A DNA stretch of 40,090 nucleotides from Clostridia bacterium (GTDB taxonomy: Bacteria > Bacillota > Clostridia > Oscillospirales > UBA644), in contig JAFSAH010000049.1 of assembly GCA_017441125.1 (NCBI GenBank), positions 1-40,090 of the forward strand. Direction: 5' to 3'. The position numbers and the translations under genes are program-made. Of this stretch, positions 17,785 through 27,100 are shown one piece after another; position 1 is the first letter of the stretch; each line of letters begins with the position of its first letter. The notes under the pieces were generated by a model. It did no database searches. It worked only from the letters and a program-made list of their open reading frames with translations, and was not told where the DNA came from.

Positions 17785-20700
17785 TCATTCGACAATATAA
17801 TATACCTTTCTTCTTTCCTCAACTCTTCTGATTTTTCCGGATATATAAAGTCGTCTGAGATTATCAGAAAACAAAAAACTGTTTTCAATTCCAAGGTTTT
17901 CAGCAATCTCTGGCACGGTGAAATATGTGCCTTTGTTCAGGCAAAGAAAAGCATATGCTGCTTCCGATAATGCCTCGCTTGATAATCTTGGCACCTTCGG
18001 TTCTTTAGGAAGCAAAGTTCCGCTTTTATCAAGATCGATATTCTTTGCATACTTGCCAACATTTGCCGGAATCATTTTTTTAGCGGCCTCGAACTTTTCT
18101 TTAGCTTCGGCTATTTTTTTGTTTTCATCTGTTATGTTACGTTCGAGAGTATTAATCTCTTTTTTCTTTTCACTTTTTTCGCCGAATGCAAAAAAGCCCA
18201 GATGTTCCAATTCGTTTTTTAATGTTCTTATCTGTTTTTCATAACCATCGATTCTTTTTTGGGATTTGCTTACTTCTGAATCACGTTTCTGTTCAAGTTC
18301 TTTTTCAAGTTCCTCACTCTTTTTGGAAATCATTTTTTCTTTCCAGGCTTCACGCTTTTCCTGTGCTTCTGCAAATGCCGCTTCCCATTCTTTATGTTCC
18401 TTTATTCTTTTTACAAAAGTTCTAGCTTCTTCCTGTAATTTCCGCTCGTGTTCCTCTCTCTCCAAACGGCGTCTTTCTTCTTCCTTACGTCTTTCTTTTT
18501 CAGCCTTGCGAGCTTTTTCCTCCCGAATACGCTTTTCTTCTTCTCGACGCTTTTTTTCCAAAAGACGTTCTTCTTGGCGTTTTTCCTCCAAAAGAAGTTT
18601 TTCTTCCCGCTTCTTTATTATTTGTTTTTCATTCTTTTCGGAATTTTCGGACGGTCCTTTATACTCATCCGACATCATAAACCAAAAGTCATTTTCGCTC
18701 AAAGCTTTTATCGATTTACCTTTGGCTTGATTGAGTTCTATCGCGCGTTTTACTTTATTTGTATTTCCGGAACTGTTATCGCCGATTATTATATAATCTG
18801 TTGCAAGAACTGTTGTGCTTTTGATTTCTCCGCCATTTTGTAAAATGTAATTTTCCATTATATCATAATAGAAAATTTCGGTAAGCACAAAAATTTTACC
18901 TTTAATCAATGGCTTTTTTGTACACTGTCCTATTTTTTGTATAGTGTCTTTTACTTCGGGTGCGGTTTTAATTTTAGACGGAGAAATTCTTCCTTTGCTG
19001 TCTACTTTTGGAGAATTGTCAACAAAATCATCTTCTGAATCTTCGTTATCTTCATCATAGAGTTTATTTTTGTAGTTCTCAAGTAACTCTTGGCGTCTGC
19101 TTTCGTAATCTTCAAGCAATTCCTGTGCTTCTTCGTCACCGGAATCAGCAAGATCAATTACAAAATCCATATATTCCGTTACATTTTTCAGATTACCGTA
19201 ATATTCGTCAACATCGGCCTCGATTATCATTCCGGGTTGACCTGCTTTTTTGCCGTCTACTTTGACTATGTCGCCGATTTTAAGGTAACCGTATCCTCTG
19301 TAAACGTAAGAACGGTTATCCGCAAATTTTACTTTGACGTTTCTGTAATAATATCCCGGACGTTCGGACGCCTTTACCCATTTGTCGCTTTCCTTGCCAT
19401 TAACAACATATTCTTCGAATTTTTTTGCAAAAACCGCAGAGGCAATATCTTTAATAACTTTGTTTTTTATGTCATCGCTGCATTCATAAAATTCAACATA
19501 AGGGATGCCCGCCGATTTGCATGCTTTTCTGATATTTCTGAATTCTTCCATTTTTTCAAAAAGACCGTTTGTCACCCGAACAACAGCTTTTATGTCATCT
19601 TTTTTATAAAGAACAAACGTTGCTTTCGCACAAGGTTTTTTGAAATCCGGGGCGAATTTTTCCGAAGGAACATTCTCTTCAATTTTAAATTCTTTAAATT
19701 CTTCAAAAATTATTTTTCTGAAGAACTCAAGATTAATAAGAGTGGGTTCCGGTGGAACATATTCTTTAAATGCAAGCTGCTTTTTACCGTCTTTTTCAAA
19801 AACATAATCAACAGTATTCCATTCTTCTTCAAACGGGAAATTATATACCACAGTTTCCCGGTCACCGGTTTGTATATAGTCAAAAGATTCACGGTAATGC
19901 TTGATGTCCGGATGGCAATCATAGAACCACTGCCGATCCGCTTTAGGATCGAAGCCCCCGATAAATTTACTTGATGTAACAAAAGGATACCCGGAAGCAG
20001 AATAGACCGCCTTAACATCCCACATTTTAAAATCGTAGAAAAAAGCAATCATCTTAAGATTCGGAAAGGTTTTCAGTATATCTTCGGCAAATCCGGGTCG
20101 GACTTCAAAAATGCCTTCAATATCAGTCGCACATTTTCTTTCTTTCATACCTTTTTTGTCAAGGTATTCGATTGCCGCATCAATCTCATTTTCAAGTCCC
20201 CGGAAAACAGGGTTACAGAACTTTTTATTATCGTTTTCGATATAAAAAATATCGTACCCGTCAAAATAATTCTTATTATTTTTCGGATCATAATCCGTAA
20301 TTTCAAAAAGTTCTTCGATAGGCTTGTTCTCTGTTTTAATGGGAACACCGTTTTTATAGCAAATATGTTTTGGATCCATTTCTTTTACATTCACCTTTGT
20401 GTTGCGGATTATATATTTGGTTTTGCTGACAGGATATGGAGCATCCATTCCGAGGCATTTTGTTACATTAGAAACTTCTTTTACGCATTCTCCGCCCCAA
20501 CCGAAATCAACAAAAACAAGATCTCCGACTTTTACTTCATCTTCCGATTTTGCAATATAGTTCCATCCTTTCCCGTCAACAGTAATGGAACAATATATGT
20601 ATTCTTTAAGTTCCCATTCTTCCGTTTTTAAAATATGATTTCGTTTGTAAAAATTTTCTGCTTTGTTTTCAATATTTTCTCGGATATATTTATTCATTTT

Positions 20701-21477
20701 TCTGATTGGAATATCCGGATTCTGTTCTGCAAGTTCTGCAAGGTTTGCAGGAAGAATATCTTTGTTTTCATAAACTTTTTTTAGCTCACAAAGATATTTT
20801 TCAAAATCCTCCGGGGAAGAAACCATCGCTTCAGAAGGCCTTTCTTTTTTACAAAGCAAACCGTTTTCTATAAGGATTTTTGCTGCAGTTTCTCCGCATT
20901 GTTTGGCAACAAGGTTGGAAAAACCGGAATTAACGATATCTCTGTTGTCATTTATTAATTCATTGATCGTTTCCGGAGGTTTTTTATCGGAATAACGCTT
21001 TTTCAGCTCGGCGATTATATCATCAATTGAGCCGCTGCTTCCTTTAAGTATGCCAATCTTTATGAGGTAATCTTTAAGAGACGTTCCGAAAAGTTCCGTT
21101 GCATTATTTGCCATAGTTTTTAAAGATGGTGCAAGATCCGGGTTTGCTTTTTCAAGGTCACCAACTTTGCTGAATTTGGGACCATCCGGATAGCGTTTTT
21201 TCAGTTCTTCAATAATAGCGGCATAATCGTTGCTTTTCGGGCGGCCGGTGATATTGCGTTCAACGGTAAAACCATAGGCATTAAGGAAACTGTCACCATC
21301 CGGATAACCCAGTTCGCGATAAAGAAAAGTTACTTTCTCTGCCCATTTTTTGTGGTCACGCTGAAGGTTACGAACAATTCCGTCGGGATATGTTGCTTTG
21401 AGATCATTCAGAAGGTTGTTGAGTTTTGTCTTTACGTTCAGCGGTTCATTACCCTTTGCTATCGGCATTATATCCAC
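17785..21477 (-). CDS. Large multidomain protein: N-terminal helical repeats, two beta-barrel-like units, BRCT, coiled coil, C-terminal winged helix
   Basis: Repeats I(I/L)xELKKRY. BRCT-like KGKIFVLT...NGG....V...TDYIIIG...K...A...LSENDFW (~18680-18910). E/K/R-rich coil. Terminal FTVPEIAENLG...LRRLYISGKIRR...VYY. The true start may be the ATG at 21468. Confidence 0.75.
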   Translation of the reverse strand: MDIMPIAKGNEPLNVKTKLNNLLNDLKATYPDGIVRNLQRDHKKWAEKVTFLYRELGYPDGDSFLNAYGFTVERNITGRPKSNDYAAIIEELKKRYPDGPKFSKVGDLEKANPDLAPSLKTMANNATELFGTSLKDYLIKIGILKGSSGSIDDIIAELKKRYSDKKPPETINELINDNRDIVNSGFSNLVAKQCGETAAKILIENGLLCKKERPSEAMVSSPEDFEKYLCELKKVYENKDILPANLAELAEQNPDIPIRKMNKYIRENIENKAENFYKRNHILKTEEWELKEYIYCSITVDGKGWNYIAKSEDEVKVGDLVFVDFGWGGECVKEVSNVTKCLGMDAPYPVSKTKYIIRNTKVNVKEMDPKHICYKNGVPIKTENKPIEELFEITDYDPKNNKNYFDGYDIFYIENDNKKFCNPVFRGLENEIDAAIEYLDKKGMKERKCATDIEGIFEVRPGFAEDILKTFPNLKMIAFFYDFKMWDVKAVYSASGYPFVTSSKFIGGFDPKADRQWFYDCHPDIKHYRESFDYIQTGDRETVVYNFPFEEEWNTVDYVFEKDGKKQLAFKEYVPPEPTLINLEFFRKIIFEEFKEFKIEENVPSEKFAPDFKKPCAKATFVLYKKDDIKAVVRVTNGLFEKMEEFRNIRKACKSAGIPYVEFYECSDDIKNKVIKDIASAVFAKKFEEYVVNGKESDKWVKASERPGYYYRNVKVKFADNRSYVYRGYGYLKIGDIVKVDGKKAGQPGMIIEADVDEYYGNLKNVTEYMDFVIDLADSGDEEAQELLEDYESRRQELLENYKNKLYDEDNEDSEDDFVDNSPKVDSKGRISPSKIKTAPEVKDTIQKIGQCTKKPLIKGKIFVLTEIFYYDIMENYILQNGGEIKSTTVLATDYIIIGDNSSGNTNKVKRAIELNQAKGKSIKALSENDFWFMMSDEYKGPSENSEKNEKQIIKKREEKLLLEEKRQEERLLEKKRREEEKRIREEKARKAEKERRKEEERRRLEREEHERKLQEEARTFVKRIKEHKEWEAAFAEAQEKREAWKEKMISKKSEELEKELEQKRDSEVSKSQKRIDGYEKQIRTLKNELEHLGFFAFGEKSEKKKEINTLERNITDENKKIAEAKEKFEAAKKMIPANVGKYAKNIDLDKSGTLLPKEPKVPRLSSEALSEAAYAFLCLNKGTYFTVPEIAENLGIENSFLFSDNLRRLYISGKIRRVEERRKVYYIVE

Positions 21478-21483
21478 TTCCTT

Positions 21484-21705
21484 TTATCTTTTTAGTCTTC
21501 TTTCAAGTCTGTCTATGTCTGCCTGTGTGAAATTTTCGGAATCAATACAGCACTTCATGCAGGCGCGTTCAAAAACGGTGTTATCAACGTAAGAAACGTC
21601 CATGTTCTCAATTTCTCTTGCGACCCGCTCTATGTGGTCATCGCGGATTCCGTTGTAACCCGCTTCGTCAATAAGTCCAAGCTGCCAGCCGTCGAACATT
21701 CTCAT
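21484..21705 (-). CDS. Small hypothetical protein (73 aa), first gene of the divergent operon
   Basis: GGGAG RBS. A TTGATT-N16-TATAAT match lies upstream on the minus strand (21759-21732). It is 6 bp from the next gene. Confidence 0.7.
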   Translation of the reverse strand: MRMFDGWQLGLIDEAGYNGIRDDHIERVAREIENMDVSYVDNTVFERACMKCCIDSENFTQADIDRLERRLKR

Positions 21706-21872
21706 GCACTCCCTTGCTTTAATCTGATTCCATTATATAACTTTAATTTAAATAATCAATAAACGAACTGCATAATTGGAGAGGAAAAGAAAAACAAAAT
21801 GTTATCGGTGCGATTTTGGAACAAATTTATGTATATTTTCGACAAATTCCTCTAAAAATGGCGATGAACCGA

Positions 21873-21909
21873 CAGCATAGTTTACAATCAAAAGCAAAAA
21901 GTCTATAAT
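21873..21909 (+). promoter_or_regulatory. Sigma-A promoter P2 (copy of P1)
   Basis: CAGCATAGTTTACAATCAAAAGC is identical to 2918-2940. TTTACA (21881-21886), 17 bp, TATAAT (21904-21909). Confidence 0.8.
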
Positions 21910-21938
21910 ATTCGTATACTAATATAACTCAGAAAAGT

Positions 21939-22805
21939 GTGGCTGCGATGACTTATTTTGATGAATACGAAAACCTTGTTTTTACAAATTCCGTTGATAA
22001 ATCCGATCCGGAATGGAGGAATTTTATCGCCTCAATAAAGCGAAGAAAAAGGCACTTTGCGGAGCTTCTTGTTCTTGAAAAAAGCGGGGAGAAGATGAAG
22101 AATTTTCTTTTACTTTGGAAAAAAGTTTCGCTCGATGACATAAACGAGTATCTTGAGATGAGCACGAAAAATGATGCCGGCGAAGTTACAGCTGTTTTAC
22201 TCGAATACAAACGGGAAAACTATTCCGACGAAAAAATCGAAAAACATGAAAACGAGAAAGCGGAAAAAGCTCTTGGCACAAAGGAACTTTCCCTTGCGGA
22301 CTGGCGGAAAACTTACAGAGTAAGAATAGAAAACGACGAAGCTGTAATCTCAAAATATAAAGGCTGTGATTCTTATGTGGAAATTCCCGCTTTTATCGGT
22401 AAAAACAAAGTAATAAAGATTGGTGAGCAGGCTTTTAACTGCAATCAGGAAATTGAAAGCGTAACCGTTCCGGAAGGTGTTAACGAGATAGAATTTTATG
22501 CTTTTTCAAAATGCAAAAACCTGAAAAACGTCACTATTCCCGAAACGGTTACAAAAATGGGGTTCGGAATCTTTTTCGGCTGCACAAATCTTGAAAAAAT
22601 CACCTTGCCGGAATATCTTGAAGAAATTTCACAATGCACCTTTGATAAATGTCCGAATCTGAAAGAAGTTCATATCCGCGGAAAAAACACGAAAATTCAT
22701 TGGCATAATTTCAAAGGATCGAAGGATTTTACAATTTATGCTCCGGAAGGAAGCATTGCCGAAGATTTTGCATTAAAGCACAAAATATCTTTCATTGCAG
22801 AATAA
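21939..22805 (+). CDS. LRR protein (LRR-6): helical module at the N-terminus, then BspA-type LRRs
   Basis: VTAVLLEYKRENYS...AEKALGTKELSLADWRK, LRR units, IYAPEGSIAEDFALKHKISFIAE. The start is uncertain (GTG 21939 or ATG 21948). Confidence 0.85.
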   Translation: MAAMTYFDEYENLVFTNSVDKSDPEWRNFIASIKRRKRHFAELLVLEKSGEKMKNFLLLWKKVSLDDINEYLEMSTKNDAGEVTAVLLEYKRENYSDEKIEKHENEKAEKALGTKELSLADWRKTYRVRIENDEAVISKYKGCDSYVEIPAFIGKNKVIKIGEQAFNCNQEIESVTVPEGVNEIEFYAFSKCKNLKNVTIPETVTKMGFGIFFGCTNLEKITLPEYLEEISQCTFDKCPNLKEVHIRGKNTKIHWHNFKGSKDFTIYAPEGSIAEDFALKHKISFIAE

Positions 22806-22817
22806 GGAGGAATAAAG

Positions 22818-24092
22818 ATGAACAATTTCGATATCAAAGACGGAATTTTATACAGTTACAAAGGTGACGAAGAAATTGTTGAAATTCCCGAAGGCGTCAA
22901 AGAAATAATATGTGATGCATTTGTTTGCCGCTACAATTTAAAAAGCGTTATTATTCCGGAAAGCGTTTCAAAAATCCACTCTAATGCCTTTTACGAATGC
23001 AGAAATCTTAAAAATATAACATTAAAAAATGATAATACTGAAATCGATGGATTTTCTTTTCATAATTGTCCATTGGTGGGAGGTTATATATCGTACGGAA
23101 ACACTCTTGTCAAATACAATGGAAATCCCGGCAATAATGAACCTGAAAGTATTATCATTCCGGATGGAATAACGAAAATCGATGAAGGAGTATTCAAAAA
23201 ATTTTTTTCACTTAAAGATGTTGTTATTCCCGAGGGCGTTACTGAAATCGGAACGAGTGCATTTGAATATTGTTTGAATCTTGAAACCGTAAAAGTTCCA
23301 AAAAGTATAGAAATAATTAAGAGCAATGCATTTTACGGGTGCTGTAATCTCAAGAAAATTTCGCTTCCAAGAAATTTCAATAACATCGGCAAAGGAGCTT
23401 TCCGTCAATGCCGAAAACTTGCAAAAAAAGGTCTTATAATAGTGAAAAATATCCTTTTTGGCTCTTCTTATGGGACAAGTGATGTTATCATTCCGGAGGG
23501 AACAGTTAAAATAGATGATTGCGCATTTTACAAAGATGTATCTGTCGAAAGCATCGTTATTCCGGAAAGCGTCAAAGAAATCGGGGAGCATGCTTTTTAT
23601 GGTTGCACTAAACTGAAAAGTGTTCAGCTTAACGGAAATGTTGAAAAAATCGGGAGATATGCATTTTGCGAATGCAGAAAACTTGCTAAAGACGGTCTTG
23701 CTATTGTAGGTGATTATTTGTTTGACGCTTTCGGACTGGATATGATTGATATTGTTGTGCCCAACAACGTAAAAGAAATCGGACCCGGTACATTCGGCAA
23801 TTGTCTTAACCTTCGCAGAATTACACTTCCGGAAGGGCTTGTTAAAATTCACGGAGATTTCAGCGGTCTTTCTCTTCTTGAAGAGGTTCGGGTTCCTGAA
23901 GGGGTTACGGAAATCGGTGATGAAGTATTTTATGAGTGCCGCAGTCTCAGAAACATTTTTCTTCCGAAATCACTTGCTAAAATTGGTGATGATGCTTTCA
24001 AAAAATGCAAAAAACTTACAATTCACGCTCCCGCCGGAAGCTATGCGGAAACCTATGCAAAAGAAAACGGTATTCGGTTTGTGGCGGAATAG
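22818..24092 (+). CDS. BspA-type LRR protein (LRR-7)
   Basis: TAAGGAGG RBS, MNNFDIKDG start, many LRR units, IHAPAGSYAETYAKENGIRFVAE end. Confidence 0.9.
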   Translation: MNNFDIKDGILYSYKGDEEIVEIPEGVKEIICDAFVCRYNLKSVIIPESVSKIHSNAFYECRNLKNITLKNDNTEIDGFSFHNCPLVGGYISYGNTLVKYNGNPGNNEPESIIIPDGITKIDEGVFKKFFSLKDVVIPEGVTEIGTSAFEYCLNLETVKVPKSIEIIKSNAFYGCCNLKKISLPRNFNNIGKGAFRQCRKLAKKGLIIVKNILFGSSYGTSDVIIPEGTVKIDDCAFYKDVSVESIVIPESVKEIGEHAFYGCTKLKSVQLNGNVEKIGRYAFCECRKLAKDGLAIVGDYLFDAFGLDMIDIVVPNNVKEIGPGTFGNCLNLRRITLPEGLVKIHGDFSGLSLLEEVRVPEGVTEIGDEVFYECRSLRNIFLPKSLAKIGDDAFKKCKKLTIHAPAGSYAETYAKENGIRFVAE

Positions 24093-24174
24093 TTAATTGC
24101 AGAAATAATATTTCCATATACATATTTTCGACAAAATTCAATGTTAATAGACAATTAGAAGCGGAGGTAAAATA

Positions 24175-27100
24175 ATGCCCAAAAACATTACTCCAATGGA
24201 AAGACTTACAAAGAGAATAAAAAAGGAGTTTTGCAAGAAACGTCTTATCGGAGATATTGCAATCAACGATGAAGAGTTTGAACTGCTCAAAATATATCTC
24301 CGCGAAAGATTTATTTATATGTATAACAACAGTAAGCATGTTATATATGATGAAATGTTTTGTGCGGCCCTTGTTCAAATCGGAATAAGATTTTATGATG
24401 GTAAATTTTGGCCCCATGTAAAAGAGATAATTTCGCGTGACGAATTCAACAGCAATCATCATTCCTGGTTTGGAAAATCTTTTGTTGATACGCTTATATT
24501 GAACGGAAAATCTGAATATGAAAAAGGAAACTGGATGAACAGCATACTTATGCATTGTTTTGTTTCCAACGATTACGCCAAAAACTTTTTTAGCTTCCTT
24601 TTCGCATTCTATCGTATAGATCTTGACAGAGATATTTCAAGACTTGACCGTGATACAATGAATGATCTTGTTGAAATAATGAAGCGCAACGATAATTCGG
24701 GCCGAACTTACTGGCTGGTTGAGCATACTGCCGATGCGGTAAGGAATAATACCCGCGGTGCAAAAACAAGAATAAGACGCTATCTTAAACTTATCGATAA
24801 AGCTTTTTGGGGCGATTCTCTCCCGGAAAATTCTGAAAACAGACTTACTAAACTTTTCCTTGATTGGACAAAAACATCCGATGATTTCATTTCCGAAAAG
24901 AAAAACCAACTCGGACCAAGAAAGCACGGAAGAAAAAGCTTCGCATCGCCATATATCAAGTTTAATACCGGAAGTTTTTATTTTGATCTTGTTTTGCCGC
25001 AGCAGATAATCCGTTTTGATGATTTTAACGATCTTTACTGGAAAATATGCATTGGAGACAAAACAAAATTTATTGAAATCAATCCATATTCCCAAGGTGT
25101 TACGGGCTATAAAACAGATGAGGAAAGAATCGAACTTGGACAGACTGATATTTTTTCTCCGATTACAGCTGAACTTTTCAATTCTTCCGAACGCATACGC
25201 CTCTTTAAAATTGCCGCGGAACCAATAAGATTTTTCGATGACGAAGGCGATTACATAAACACTGAATCCGTTCCGACGGGCGAAGTTTTTTCGTTTACCC
25301 CAAGAAATTTCAAGCCTGAATCCGAAGCTATTCTTGAGTCTGAAAGAATGGGTGAACTTTTATACACAAGATTTGATTTTGTTGAAGGAGATATCGTTCG
25401 TTTCCCTGATGGGAAACCCATATCTGTTGGAAGAAAACTGCAGGAAGGATTGCTTCCAAGGGGCATAATTTCCGGAGTACATGGAATTTTCGATGAGAAA
25501 AAAATTCCGGTATATTCTTCCGTACCTACGATTTTTATAAAAACTTCTCCAAAAAAAATTAACGGTACAGCTTTTTCAATCAACGGCAAAAAAACACATA
25601 TTTCGGACGAAAATGGGCTTTGTGCCGGAATCACAAAATTTGATTTGCTCGATCGAAGCGGTGATTGTGGATATCTTTTTGACTTGAGTTTTTTTGGTTG
25701 CAAAGAGAATGGTATCTATAATATAGAAATTGATGTCCCCAATGATCGAAGCATCAGGAACTGGAACCTTGCATATATTAAAGATTTCTCATATGAATTT
25801 GAAGATGCTCCATACATTTTCAAAACAAGGGGCACTCTTTCTATACCTAAAAGATTTGAAGCAAAACCCGTTTCAAAAATGTCGCTTGAACAGGATGAAA
25901 TCAATGATTATTTCAACTTTGACATATTTGCAGAAGAAAACAAACTGCAGATAACAGTTTCGGATATTCTGCTTGAATTCGAAATTCCAATGCTCAGCTA
26001 TGCATTTGCGGATGCTGAATGGGAAACTGCTTTGCATGAAGATATATGGCATTCCGAATTTGAGCCCAGAATTTTTGTAAAATATCCTTCCGATAAAATA
26101 AAATTTTTCATTGAAGAAGACGATGACGAAGATTCTGACGATGATTGTTCTGTAGAATTTATTAAGAATAAATCCAGCGATATGTTTGAGTGTGATCTGA
26201 ATAAATTCAAATCATGGTTCGGACACGAAAAGGCAAGAAAAATTCTTTATCTGGAACTTCCGGATGTAAAAGGACCTCTTCCATTTCTTGGAATCGTTAT
26301 GAAGAGTTTTCTTATTTCAGCTATGCTTCAGGGAGATTTCGACAAAGATGTTCTTATAGGAAACTTTGATATAATCGGAAAAGCAGAATATTACGCCGAT
26401 ATCATTTACAACGGAAAAGTTATTGCAGAAAAAGAACCGATAAACAACGGAAAAATTGTCTTTGATTCGGAACTTGAAACAGGAAAATACGAAGTTCGCA
26501 TATTTGAATCCGAAGAAGATGAATTTGGATTTGGAGATAATGTTTTCTATGAAATAGGCAGAAAAGAGCTTGATCTTATAAATCCTTTGGATCTTAACGG
26601 AAAAAGTATTGTGATTTCCTCAATCTATCCTGCGGAAAGGAAAAACGCAAAGCTTTCTCTCGGATGTACATACCGAATTCAGCGTCTTAAATCTATTTCA
26701 AAAGAAGACAAGCACAATTATCGGGGAACGATGGTTGTTGAAAGCAAATTTGGAAACGTGCTTTCGGTTTTCCCTGTAAATGTCGAAATATTTGATTTCA
26801 GCAAACTTTATCAGGCATATATCACTTTTGTTGAAGACGGTGACAACCTTGAATTCCTTTATGATGAGGCAAGAATGTCCATTGTAAAAGAAGAAGACTC
26901 ACATCTTACCAAATCTCAGGCATATCGCAGATATAAACAAAGCCTTTATCCGGAAGATTATATTTTCAATATCGATTTCACAGAAGAAAAAAGTCTTCCC
27001 GAAAATTTTGAAAGATATTTTGAAAACAACCACAACAAAAATATCGTTTCTAAAACAGACGATGAAATAAAAATCAACAGCATGGGTTTTTCATCCAAAA

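Noticed and set aside
5798-17906. Long antisense ORFs (e.g. 5798-6574, 10958-12460, 17031-17906)
   Set aside because: They lie opposite well-supported genes, have Phe/Ile/Ser-rich shadow composition and show no motifs.
18200-18650. Low-complexity CTT/TTC-rich tract and overlapping plus-strand ORFs
   Set aside because: Explained by the E/K/R-rich coiled coil encoded on the minus strand.
4404-24092. Annotating the LRR genes as BspA surface adhesins
   Set aside because: No signal peptide, membrane anchor or cell-wall-binding domain is visible, and they are co-operonic with cytoplasmic enzymes.
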